DNA of 64,000 nt from a virus. The position numbers and the translations under genes are program-made. Below the pieces are notes generated by a model. It saw nothing but the letters and a program-made list of their open reading frames with translations, made no database searches and was not told the DNA's origin. Below, piece after piece: positions 30,947 to 39,510 of this stretch (position 1 is the first letter of the stretch; each line of letters starts with the position of its first letter). Location: IMG/VR virus record IMGVR_UViG_3300022916_000008, positions 1-64,000 of that record; one strand, given 5' to 3'.

Positions 30947-31226
30947 CGGTTCTATTGTTTTTCTTATCCAACCATTCCTTCTTTTTCTTGTCAAAATAAA
31001 TTAACCCTATTCCGGGGATTGGAAACACCCTCCTATCCATTCTCTCCATATGCTCCTTTAACTGCCTCCAGTAGAATTCCATGATAACATCAATCTCTTT
31101 AACGCTTAGCTTCTTAAATACCTTTGGGAACTTCTCATGTTGCCTTAGTGTGTCAGCATGAACTCGTCTATGTGCCAACTTTTTGTCAAGAAGCTTATTA
31201 TACTTTATAGCAGTACGTAGTCTCAT
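30936..31226 (-). CDS. HU/IHF-like small basic protein
   Basis: LSVKEIDVI....FPIPGIG pattern. Confidence 0.5.
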   Translation of the reverse strand: MRLRTAIKYNKLLDKKLAHRRVHADTLRQHEKFPKVFKKLSVKEIDVIMEFYWRQLKEHMERMDRRVFPIPGIGLIYFDKKKKEWLDKKNNRTDEV

Positions 31227-31600
31227 GCCCTGGCTTTTGGCATTATCACTTTAGCAGAAAACTCTAGCTTATCGAAAGCATCTTTGCTAGTCATCTTACA
31301 AGTATCAACAAAGTAGTCCTTCAACTCTCCTTCTAATACGGATATAGCTGCTGTTTCTGGAATAAGGTAATAATGCATCTTCGTAGTCATATCTGTTATA
31401 GCCACTCCATGACTCATCATATGAGGATTAAGGACAATGGCATCCCCTGCCTTTACAAAATTGCACTTAGCCCCTACAAGAACTACTCTCATATAATTCT
31501 CTAACTTGGCTAATGCGGCTTCATCAACAATGAGATCCGTTGCTTTGTGTAGTCTCTCAATAAGAATCCATCCTTCTGTTACTCTAATTTTCTTCTTCAT
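31223..31600 (-). CDS. GroES-like co-chaperonin
   Basis: WILIER...RVVLVG...VKAGDAIVL...YYLIPETAAISVL. Confidence 0.7.
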   Translation of the reverse strand: MKKKIRVTEGWILIERLHKATDLIVDEAALAKLENYMRVVLVGAKCNFVKAGDAIVLNPHMMSHGVAITDMTTKMHYYLIPETAAISVLEGELKDYFVDTCKMTSKDAFDKLEFSAKVIMPKARA

Positions 31601-31607
31601 ATACTAT

Positions 31608-31763
31608 TTAGTTTAAAAATATTGGTCTAAGCAATACAGGCTTCTTTACCATATCATCCTTAAATATAATGAAATCAATGGAATCAACATAGGGTTGTAA
31701 ATCCCCTCGCCCTGCCTGTGCAAGTAATACCTCATATCCTCTGTAATAACTCTTAAGCGTCAT
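31608..31763 (-). CDS. Small hypothetical protein (51 aa)
   Basis: Read by hand: MTLKSYYRGYEVLL...; tiles the operon. Confidence 0.4.
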   Translation of the reverse strand: MTLKSYYRGYEVLLAQAGRGDLQPYVDSIDFIIFKDDMVKKPVLLRPIFLN

Positions 31764-31902
31764 ATGTTTCTTGATTTACTTCTATTCGTGCTTCAATATA
31801 CCTCCGCAAGTCTTTACTCATATCAATCCCCTCCCGATCACACACATCTCTATATGCGTCCTTAACCTCTTGTTCTATTCTAATCGGTAACCTTACTTTC
31901 AT
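31753..31902 (-). CDS. Ribbon-helix-helix DNA-binding protein (49 aa)
   Basis: Not in the ORF track: MKVRLPIRIEQEVKDAYRDVCDREGIDMSKDLRRYIE, a classic RHH pattern. Confidence 0.7.
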   Translation of the reverse strand: MKVRLPIRIEQEVKDAYRDVCDREGIDMSKDLRRYIEARIEVNQETYDA

Positions 31903-32015
31903 ACAATTCCATATTCCTTTTCAGGCTTTCAATCTTCTTATAAAGAGTGTCAAGCTCATCGTATAATCTCAATATGAGTTCGTCCTGCTCGTTCATTACT
32001 CCTGTATTCATACAA

Positions 32016-32048
32016 CAAACATACATATTCTGTGCACACATCTCCAAA
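32016..32048 (-). promoter_or_regulatory. Bacteroidota sigma-A-type promoter for the leftward operon
   Basis: Minus strand reads TTTG-N21-TATGTTTG; the spacer contains the palindrome TGTGCACA. Confidence 0.65.
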
Positions 32049-32374
32049 TAAACTTATATACCCCTATTGCATTTCTTGCACTTCCTGCACTAAAGCATAA
32101 CCAATTACATTAATAAAAGATACATTCACCCCTTAGTATCCAGATAGGGTTCAATGTGTATTCACATCCTTGAATCAAACATTATCATAGTAAGGGCGTA
32201 GGCCCATATACAATACATTATTTTTTTATAACATATATTTTAATAAGAATAGGTGAGCGTGAGTAGTACCCAATAGCAACCCCCCCTTCGTCATTTGCTC
32301 CGCAAAGGGTCCCGCTGTTGTTGTTCCTTTTGCTTTGTATGTCAATAGCTTATAAACCTTTTAAAGTATATATT

Positions 32375-32740
32375 ATGACTATTAAAATTAAAGTTAAGAA
32401 GTCTTATGATGAAGAAATTGCTAACGGTTACACTCCTATTGGTGAGGGTGGTGGATTTTCACTACCTGATGATTGGAATGACTTGACTAAGCAATATGAA
32501 GTACGCATTATAGGCAACGAGCGCATGAAGCACAGCCCAGAGGGTGCTGAGTTTAAGTGGTGTATGTTGCTTATTGATGTTGAATATACTGATGATGATG
32601 AGGAAACTCATGTTGTTGGTGTTCGTGTGCCTAATAGCTATAAGTCATTAACTGTTGGTGATGTTATCAATGTAGGCTTACAAGCTTCGAGAGATGGTAA
32701 CCGTATTTATGCATCAATAATTGATATGGTAGAAGCTTAA
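32375..32740 (+). CDS. Hypothetical early protein (possible OB fold)
   Basis: First rightward ORF; likely start MTIKIK; followed by a terminator. Confidence 0.55.
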   Translation: MTIKIKVKKSYDEEIANGYTPIGEGGGFSLPDDWNDLTKQYEVRIIGNERMKHSPEGAEFKWCMLLIDVEYTDDDEETHVVGVRVPNSYKSLTVGDVINVGLQASRDGNRIYASIIDMVEA

Positions 32741-32745
32741 ACAAG

Positions 32746-32781
32746 AGAGGGTGAGAGGGTAAAACCTCTTGCTCTTTTTTT
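32746..32781 (+). terminator. Intrinsic terminator
   Basis: AGAGGGTGAGAGG / CCTCTTGCTCTTT stem followed by a T run. Confidence 0.7.
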
Positions 32782-33035
32782 CCTTATGCCTAGAGGATTG
32801 GGCTGTGTGAGGGTGGGGTGTCTTCTTTCTTATTCTTTACTCTTACTATGGTTGAGTATTGGTGTTTATCTCTTATGGGATTTCTTCTTTTGTTTAAGTC
32901 TCTTATAGTACTGTTATTAGAGTTGTATTCAAAGTTGATGAAATGATTAGGGTTGATTATTATCTATGGTGATATTACCTTTAGTGTGCCTCGGAAGCAC
33001 ATTAGATAGCTTAAATCAATTAAAAAAACTGAATT

Positions 33036-33413
33036 ATGAAAGTAACAAATGGAGTATCTGAAAGAAGTGAATTAAGATTAGAGGCTATTGAATTAGTCCT
33101 AAAATGCAGACCAGTATTAACAGATAGTGACTTCTTAAGAGCTATGAGTAGGGCTACTGATCTGTATCCAGCAACAATTCCAGTATCAACTGATAAAGAT
33201 GGGATGGAGCCAGAAGAAGAGACTTTAATGCAAAGACTCTTTGGAAATGATGGTGCTAATGGTGTTGAATCAGCATTGGATAGATATGAAACAATTAAGG
33301 AAGTAATGGCATACAATCCTGTCCCTGTTTTATTGCGCTCTTTCTATTGCGATGCATACACTACTACATCACAATCATGGGAATTGTTTAAGGCGGGATT
33401 CGAACTTAAATAA
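33036..33413 (+). CDS. Hypothetical protein
   Basis: 125 aa ORF with an A-rich leader. Confidence 0.55.
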   Translation: MKVTNGVSERSELRLEAIELVLKCRPVLTDSDFLRAMSRATDLYPATIPVSTDKDGMEPEEETLMQRLFGNDGANGVESALDRYETIKEVMAYNPVPVLLRSFYCDAYTTTSQSWELFKAGFELK

Positions 33414-33586
33414 AGAATTGTAATTGTAGACCGAACGTTATTGCTAACGTTGCTAAAGTAAATAGCAAGGGATTTATAGAGAATACCATAGGTTATGCAG
33501 ACCACTCTTAGTAAGGACATTCACCTAACTCTATTGGAACGAGGACAGCATTAAGTGTTGGTGAACTACTTACGATGATAATGATT

Positions 33587-33783
33587 GAGGATATGGTGAA
33601 ATGGTAGACACGCACTATCGGGTGTGAACGGATTGTCCAGAACTGGAATAAAGAGGTCAGGTAAACAGGTAGACCAGAACAGTCCGCAATTTAAATGTTG
33701 ATGAAAATATTAACGATGGTCCTCTTCGGAGTGCTGACTAACATCAATTATAATTCGTACAGGTTCGAGTCCTGTTATCCTCA
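33587..33783 (+). ncRNA. tRNA-like RNA (Leu-type D arm) with a large structured insert
   Basis: Acceptor GAGGATA/TATCCTC+A; D arm GGTGAAATGGTAGACACG; T arm ACAGG-TTCGAGT-CCTGT; 197 nt; no 7-nt anticodon loop. Confidence 0.75.
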
Positions 33784-33804
33784 CTAACCTAAATAAAGAC
33801 TGAT

Positions 33805-34221
33805 ATGTATACAGGAAGCGGATTGCCCGGAAGTTATGTTAATATCAAGCCATTAGACAATAAGATTGTTTGTTATGGCTATAATTGTGAATGTACTATT
33901 CTTGCTGTTGTAAAAGTACAAGGTGAGACTGATTCATTTGGTGCAGAGTATTCTTACTATTGCCATGATTGTCATGAATTGTGTAAGCAAGCTGATCAAG
34001 AGTTTCGTGAAGAACTGGATAATTGTGATTGGTGTAAGAAAGAAGCACAACTATCACCAACTAGAGATTGGGAAGAAGGAATGAACGGACCTGTTTATTA
34101 TGTTTGTAATGAATGTAATAGTAAACAGAACCGTGAAATGATGGAAGAGTATGAAACCATGTGTAATGAATTAGATTTTCAATCAGCTATGGAAGTAGCA
34201 CAAACATTAGAACAGTCATGA
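33805..34221 (+). CDS. Cys-rich zinc-finger protein
   Basis: CHDC, CDWC and CNEC pairs. Confidence 0.55.
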   Translation: MYTGSGLPGSYVNIKPLDNKIVCYGYNCECTILAVVKVQGETDSFGAEYSYYCHDCHELCKQADQEFREELDNCDWCKKEAQLSPTRDWEEGMNGPVYYVCNECNSKQNREMMEEYETMCNELDFQSAMEVAQTLEQS

Positions 34222-34430
34222 TGAAAGATAATTGGATGCTGTTTGTTATGGGTGGTATATTAGCCGTCTCATTAACATTGTTTGTAATTGAGAATCTTGA
34301 TTACAACACGCCTTGTTATATCCTTGATGAACCACAAGAGTTTGTTATGGATAGTACTACTCATCATGTAGCATTTGCTATTAGTGAGTTAACAAAAGAA
34401 AGGAATTTATTAAAACCATTAAAAGACTGA
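34218..34430 (+). CDS. Small membrane-anchored protein
   Basis: N-terminal TM helix. Confidence 0.5.
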   Translation: MMKDNWMLFVMGGILAVSLTLFVIENLDYNTPCYILDEPQEFVMDSTTHHVAFAISELTKERNLLKPLKD

Positions 34431-34431
34431 T

Positions 34432-34806
34432 ATGAAAAAGTTATTGACTATTGTATTGTTGTTAGTTGCTATGACAAGTTACAGCCAAGACGGAGTGATC
34501 CTAGACATCAAGGGTATGTGTAGCCTGGAAAGTGGGCAAACATCCTTTAGTGATTGGGAAGAGTTTAGTGGAAAGATCATGTGTAATGATGAAAAGATTA
34601 CATTCTTCTTGAAAACAAAGATTATTATCTACGTTATCACTGTAGACCAAGTGTCTGAAATAAAATGGGAGATAGAAGCATTGGATCCTGACATAGGAAC
34701 TGTGTATGTTGATATGTCTTATGATGAAGAAAAGGATACATGGTTTGTTACGATGATGTATGATATGTTTAGTATCATGTATGCTTGTGACTTTGTAAAT
34801 AGATAG
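34432..34806 (+). CDS. Exported beta-rich protein
   Basis: Bacteroidota-style signal peptide MKKLLTIVLLLVAMTSYS|Q. Confidence 0.6.
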   Translation: MKKLLTIVLLLVAMTSYSQDGVILDIKGMCSLESGQTSFSDWEEFSGKIMCNDEKITFFLKTKIIIYVITVDQVSEIKWEIEALDPDIGTVYVDMSYDEEKDTWFVTMMYDMFSIMYACDFVNR

Positions 34807-35060
34807 CCATGAATATATTTCCATTCTATAGTGACAGTAGGCATCCAGAGGAGCATAAGAGAGGCACGAAGAAGAGTGTTCTTACTCCTAAGCAGAAGAA
34901 AGCACGTAAGAAAAACAAAGTGGCTAAGAAGTCACGTAAACAATCAAGAAAATGAGAAAAGCAATCTGTCCCAATTGTGGGCTAAATACATTTAATGGCA
35001 TAGAGTGTACTAATTGTGCAATTGATTTGTCATTCGATCCTAATTGGGATTAATAATATT

Positions 35061-35232
35061 GGGAATATGGTGGAATGGTAGACACGCTACATTAGTAGTT
35101 GAGCAAATAAGGTAGCTCCTTACAAACAGAGAACTTTGACATATAAAGAATGTACGGTCTTTGTGTTGATGAAAGTATCTGAAGACTATAGACAGTAGTT
35201 GCTCAGTTCAGGTTCGAATCCTGATATTCCTA
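35061..35232 (+). ncRNA. tRNA-like RNA (Leu-type D arm) with a large insert in the variable arm
   Basis: Acceptor GGGAATA/TATTCCT+A; D arm GGTGGAATGGTAGACACG; T arm TCAGG-TTCGAAT-CCTGA; insert closed by TGAGCAA/TTGCTCA; 172 nt. Confidence 0.75.
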
Positions 35233-35430
35233 CAAACTAAAAGATTGAACTAATGAAAGCATTTGACGCATTTAAGAAAGATCTAAGAGAAGACAAAGAG
35301 TTCTTGGACAGATTGTACCAAGAATCAAAACAAAGGGCTGTGTATGGCTCTTATGATGTTCTAGTGGTTAAGCCTAGTCATCTGTTGAGTAATATTACAT
35401 TTGATAACCTAATAAGTGAATAAAGAATGG

Positions 35431-35638
35431 TCAGGATATCTTGAAAGAGATTAGTCCTGATATGTGTTCCTGTCAGTTTTTCCATTCAGTCTTTACTGGC
35501 AGGACACTTTTTATCATAAAGACTAAAGACATACTCTCATGTAGTCGATTACCCGAATCATTAAGACCTTGAGAGTACTTACGGCTTCTAAGATATGGTT
35601 TAAAAACAAATCGCTTTTGTTCGCTATGTCTTGGAAGC
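35431..35638 (+). ncRNA. Multi-hairpin structured RNA or leader
   Basis: Four consecutive stems, one with a GAAA tetraloop, and a possible pseudoknot. Confidence 0.5.
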
Positions 35639-35675
35639 TTTTTATAATCACAATTAATACTGTAAATTAAAGACA

Positions 35676-37937
35676 ATGGAAATAACTAAGAAAGAAATCA
35701 TGACAAATAAATTATTAGAAAAAGCAAGAAATGATTATCCCACAGGTACAGAGTATTATCCTGCTCATTTAAGCGGAGAAGAACATACTTTGTGTACTGT
35801 AGGTAATCCAAACACATTTCATGTCGATAGCTCAGGAGATGTTTTAGAAAGCCATGGTGATAAACCCAAGAATGGTCATCTCCTTTCTGAAATTATTTAT
35901 CATAATGACATAAAGAAATGGGCTGAGATTAAATCAAAGCCAAATGATAAGGACTGGTGGAAGACTGTTGCAGTAGGAGACATCATTGCATGTACTGAAA
36001 CAAAAGGCCGAGGTGGTTTAGGTTTCGAGCCAAATGAAGTGTTTAGAGTAAGGGGGATTGATAAGATGCCTATCCATGCCATATTCTTTAAGGTTCAAGA
36101 AAACAATGTAAAGCCTGATGGAGTATACCAAGATGAGATACGCAAAGCAACACAAGAAGAGATCAATGCATATAAAGCAAAATTGGGCGGTGTGAAGCCA
36201 TTATCTCCTTCAAAGGGTGCAAACACTCCAGGATTTGATAAACTCGTCTTAGAAGCGAGGAAAAGGTATCCTGTTGGAACAAGGTATGTATGTCTTCATG
36301 ATTGTGGAGAAGGGAAGATTGAAACAGAAGATGATTTCCTTTTAAGAAAAAATGAAGACTGTATAAGGACGAATAAGGGCACTCGTTGTTGCTGGAATGG
36401 TACAGATTGGGCTGTTATAACAACTCTTCCAGACGGAGTAATGGCAAGGGCTATCAAGCAATATTCCATTGGTACTGTCATAAATGATCCAGGTCCAAAT
36501 AAGATAAGAAGAGCAAAAGTAGTACGTACTCCTAAACAACTACCAGATGGAAATGTTGCAGGAGGTAGTGGATATATATATCACGAAGGAGTTTGGGCAG
36601 AGATCGTTAAAGACGACAACCTTACTATCAATGATTTAGTAAAAGGAGAGATATACTATCATTATTGTGAAAACTACAAGTATATTATTAAGTTTGATAA
36701 ATTGGATGGTAAGCAAATCATTGGGAAGTGTTCTATCTCTCTTAATAGTAATAAATTTGATCCCGGTACTTATCGTAATACTGGTGTTAAAGAATTACGT
36801 GTTGCTACTACAGATGAAAAGAGGTGGTTGAACGCATGTATAGACAAGGGTAGTTTTGTAAGCATGGAAGACGCACTTAAAACAAAACCAATGAAATACA
36901 AGTTAGGACCCATAAGGTTTAAAGAAGGTGTTAGTAAAGGATGTACGCCTGAATATGAAACAGAATATGGAGGCGATATCCCAAGAGATAAGATTGTTCA
37001 TGGTACTACCGAGTTACATGATGAGTATACTGCAGAGATTGTGGACTATCATAATGAGTATTACATTGTCAGATTTCTTGATAGCAATAGCCATTACACT
37101 CAACTTGGATTCTTAGAAGATGCGTTAGAACCTGTTGGAGTAGAAGATGTCATTAAAGTAGGTGACTATGCTATTATGACTAAAGCAGGTGGTTGGGGTT
37201 ATGACGAAAGAAACAATGGTTGTCTTGCCAAGGTCACTGAAGTAAGTACAAAATACGTTGATGGTAAAAACAGGTGTTCAATTAATGGAGAAGTAATCAA
37301 TCCAAGAATCAAACAATGTTTAAAGTTTTCAATTGTTCCGCAGAATACTGATGATATAGGCGAGGTATGGCGTAAGGCAACACAGGCTGAAATAGATGCT
37401 GTAGTCAATGATGTTTCCACATTAAAGAAGAAAGAGGAATATTTTATTGGTAGCTATATTGTCTGGATAAAGAAGCCAAGCGGAAATGCTGAGGTAGGAG
37501 ATATAGATAAAATAATATCACAAGAAGATCGCTTTCTTCATCTTAAAAAATATGGTTCATGTTGTAAAAGTAGAATCCGAGATAAGGAAGTAAAATGGTT
37601 TGCTACACTTGAAGAAGCACAACTCTATACTTTAAGGATAGCCAAGGATAAAGAATTCGTAGTTGGCGATTGGATCACACTGGATGGTTGGAAACGTGCT
37701 TATCGTATAAAGAAGGTGCTTGTTCATGATTATGTCCTTGATTGTGAGGAAGGGGATGATATTGGAACTTATCTTAAAAAGAATGGGTTTAGATATGCTA
37801 CCAGAAATGAAATAGAAGGTAAGTTTGTACCTCGGGATGAAATAACTTCAGCTAAAACAAACATTAAGAGTACTGGTCCAGACTTCTCATTGAAAGAGGA
37901 GCCAGAAATAACAAAAGGAATCGATTTAATTAATTAA
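35676..37937 (+). CDS. Large modular repeat protein
   Basis: Three A..YPxGT...WAEI modules and five [RF]xATxxE[IKA] module ends. Confidence 0.65.
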   Translation: MEITKKEIMTNKLLEKARNDYPTGTEYYPAHLSGEEHTLCTVGNPNTFHVDSSGDVLESHGDKPKNGHLLSEIIYHNDIKKWAEIKSKPNDKDWWKTVAVGDIIACTETKGRGGLGFEPNEVFRVRGIDKMPIHAIFFKVQENNVKPDGVYQDEIRKATQEEINAYKAKLGGVKPLSPSKGANTPGFDKLVLEARKRYPVGTRYVCLHDCGEGKIETEDDFLLRKNEDCIRTNKGTRCCWNGTDWAVITTLPDGVMARAIKQYSIGTVINDPGPNKIRRAKVVRTPKQLPDGNVAGGSGYIYHEGVWAEIVKDDNLTINDLVKGEIYYHYCENYKYIIKFDKLDGKQIIGKCSISLNSNKFDPGTYRNTGVKELRVATTDEKRWLNACIDKGSFVSMEDALKTKPMKYKLGPIRFKEGVSKGCTPEYETEYGGDIPRDKIVHGTTELHDEYTAEIVDYHNEYYIVRFLDSNSHYTQLGFLEDALEPVGVEDVIKVGDYAIMTKAGGWGYDERNNGCLAKVTEVSTKYVDGKNRCSINGEVINPRIKQCLKFSIVPQNTDDIGEVWRKATQAEIDAVVNDVSTLKKKEEYFIGSYIVWIKKPSGNAEVGDIDKIISQEDRFLHLKKYGSCCKSRIRDKEVKWFATLEEAQLYTLRIAKDKEFVVGDWITLDGWKRAYRIKKVLVHDYVLDCEEGDDIGTYLKKNGFRYATRNEIEGKFVPRDEITSAKTNIKSTGPDFSLKEEPEITKGIDLIN

Positions 37938-37955
37938 ATAAACAATTTTATTATT

Positions 37956-38399
37956 ATGAGTACAGAAGTAAGTAAAGACAGAATGTCTTGGATCAAAGCT
38001 GTAGCAGCTTTATTCGAAATTAGTAAGCAAGGATTAGCAAAGAAGTTTCAAGCTGATCTTAAAAAGACTTGGGAAAAGAATTTGAAAACAAGGAAGAAAG
38101 AACTTGTGCAGATGAATGACCAGAAGGCTGATGAGCTGGAGGACATGAACACTCAGCTTGAAGAACTTATGGAGCAAAGAGACAATAAGTTTATTGCTGT
38201 AGATGTAGATCGCATCGGAAGTTTGGAAGAGAGAAAGGCGTATATCATAGACTTTAACCGGGCTATTGATAGAGCAATGGATGCCGTTGTAGCACAAGAA
38301 GAGGCTATTGAAGAGTATCTGTCAAACATGGATACTCGTATCAAAGACAAGCAACGTGAGATTGATCATTTCACAAATAAGCTTGAGATGATTAAGTAA
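37956..38399 (+). CDS. Coiled-coil protein
   Basis: 147 aa with a heptad pattern. Confidence 0.55.
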   Translation: MSTEVSKDRMSWIKAVAALFEISKQGLAKKFQADLKKTWEKNLKTRKKELVQMNDQKADELEDMNTQLEELMEQRDNKFIAVDVDRIGSLEERKAYIIDFNRAIDRAMDAVVAQEEAIEEYLSNMDTRIKDKQREIDHFTNKLEMIK

Positions 38400-38408
38400 T
38401 GTATTGGG

Positions 38409-38467
38409 AGATGTGTAGCTCAGTTGGTAGAGCTTTTAGGTCGTGGGTTCAAGTCCCACCACATCTA
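38409..38467 (+). ncRNA. Minimal tRNA-like RNA lacking the anticodon arm
   Basis: AGATGTG-TA-GCTC AGTTGGTA GAGC-TTTT-AGGTC-GTGGG TTCAAGT CCCAC-CACATCT-A; all three remaining stems are perfect. Confidence 0.75.
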
Positions 38468-38485
38468 CAAATTAAATAAAAGACG

Positions 38486-39124
38486 ATGAATAAAGTAAAA
38501 ACGTATCTACAAGGAGTAAATCAAAAGACCCTTGTAAAAGTAGACCTACATCCTGGGTATCTTCCGATATACTCACCAGATCGTAGAGTAGAGCTTCCAG
38601 AAGGAGCATTTGTTGAAATGATTAGGCTATACAAGCGTGGCGCAAATGATGATAAGTTTCATATTGTCATTAGCTTTCCTTGGGACACTAAACTCCAAAG
38701 GACTTGTCAATACATCATAAGACCTACTAAGTACAAGCCAGTAACAATACCATTGGTTGTAAAAGAATTGGAAGCTGTATTTAATTTCGAACACAAAACT
38801 GTTACAGGAGACAGGGTAGAAGTATATCCTGAGTTCATTAAAAAGGTATTGACACAAGAAGAATTAAAGTATGCCTTCAAGAAGCGTGTACATGATGATG
38901 TCAATCCCAAGTTAATCAAATGGTGGACTATGTGGAAAGCATTATTTACATCCTATGAAGTACATCAGGTATATCAAAGAACTACTTATTACATTCAGGC
39001 TTATGGAACCAATCCTGTAGCTGCTGTACCGGAGTATCCTGTATATGTCAATACAGATGTGTCAGAACCCAAAGAGGTTACTAAAATAGAAATTAGAAAG
39101 AGAGTACGAGTATTTGGAATATAA
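38486..39124 (+). CDS. Hypothetical protein
   Basis: 212 aa ORF with an AAAGAC leader. Confidence 0.55.
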   Translation: MNKVKTYLQGVNQKTLVKVDLHPGYLPIYSPDRRVELPEGAFVEMIRLYKRGANDDKFHIVISFPWDTKLQRTCQYIIRPTKYKPVTIPLVVKELEAVFNFEHKTVTGDRVEVYPEFIKKVLTQEELKYAFKKRVHDDVNPKLIKWWTMWKALFTSYEVHQVYQRTTYYIQAYGTNPVAAVPEYPVYVNTDVSEPKEVTKIEIRKRVRVFGI

Positions 39125-39141
39125 CCCAATAAAAAAGAAAA

Positions 39142-39510
39142 ATGAAGACTATTGAGAAGATGAATGCATTAGACCTACAATTAATACTGGACTATTGCAA
39201 AGCCTATCCGTTTGATGTAACATTTCAAACAGAAAATGACCAAGTATTATTACATGATGGTAACAAGGTATTTAATGTTATCAAGTGTGACAATGGATTG
39301 TTAGTTGGTACAGAATTGTGTAAGGGAAGACATAAGAAGTCAATTCAGATTAATAGTGCTGTTATAATAAGCAATGCTGTTGATGCCATGATACAAGGAG
39401 AAACATGCCTTCCTGTTGTGGCAATTGCAAAGAATGGTGTTCCAATGTCATTGCTAACATATGATGACTATGTGAACGATGAAGAATTGATTAAAAATGG
39501 TAGCTCATAG
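39142..39510 (+). CDS. Hypothetical protein
   Basis: 122 aa ORF. Confidence 0.5.
   Translation: MKTIEKMNALDLQLILDYCKAYPFDVTFQTENDQVLLHDGNKVFNVIKCDNGLLVGTELCKGRHKKSIQINSAVIISNAVDAMIQGETCLPVVAIAKNGVPMSLLTYDDYVNDEELIKNGSS

Noticed and set aside
33587-35232. Calling these elements ordinary tRNA-Leu, intron-containing tRNA or tmRNA
   Set aside because: There is no 7-nt anticodon loop, the inserts lie 3' of the stub arm, and there is no recognisable group I core, G3-U70 pair or tag ORF.
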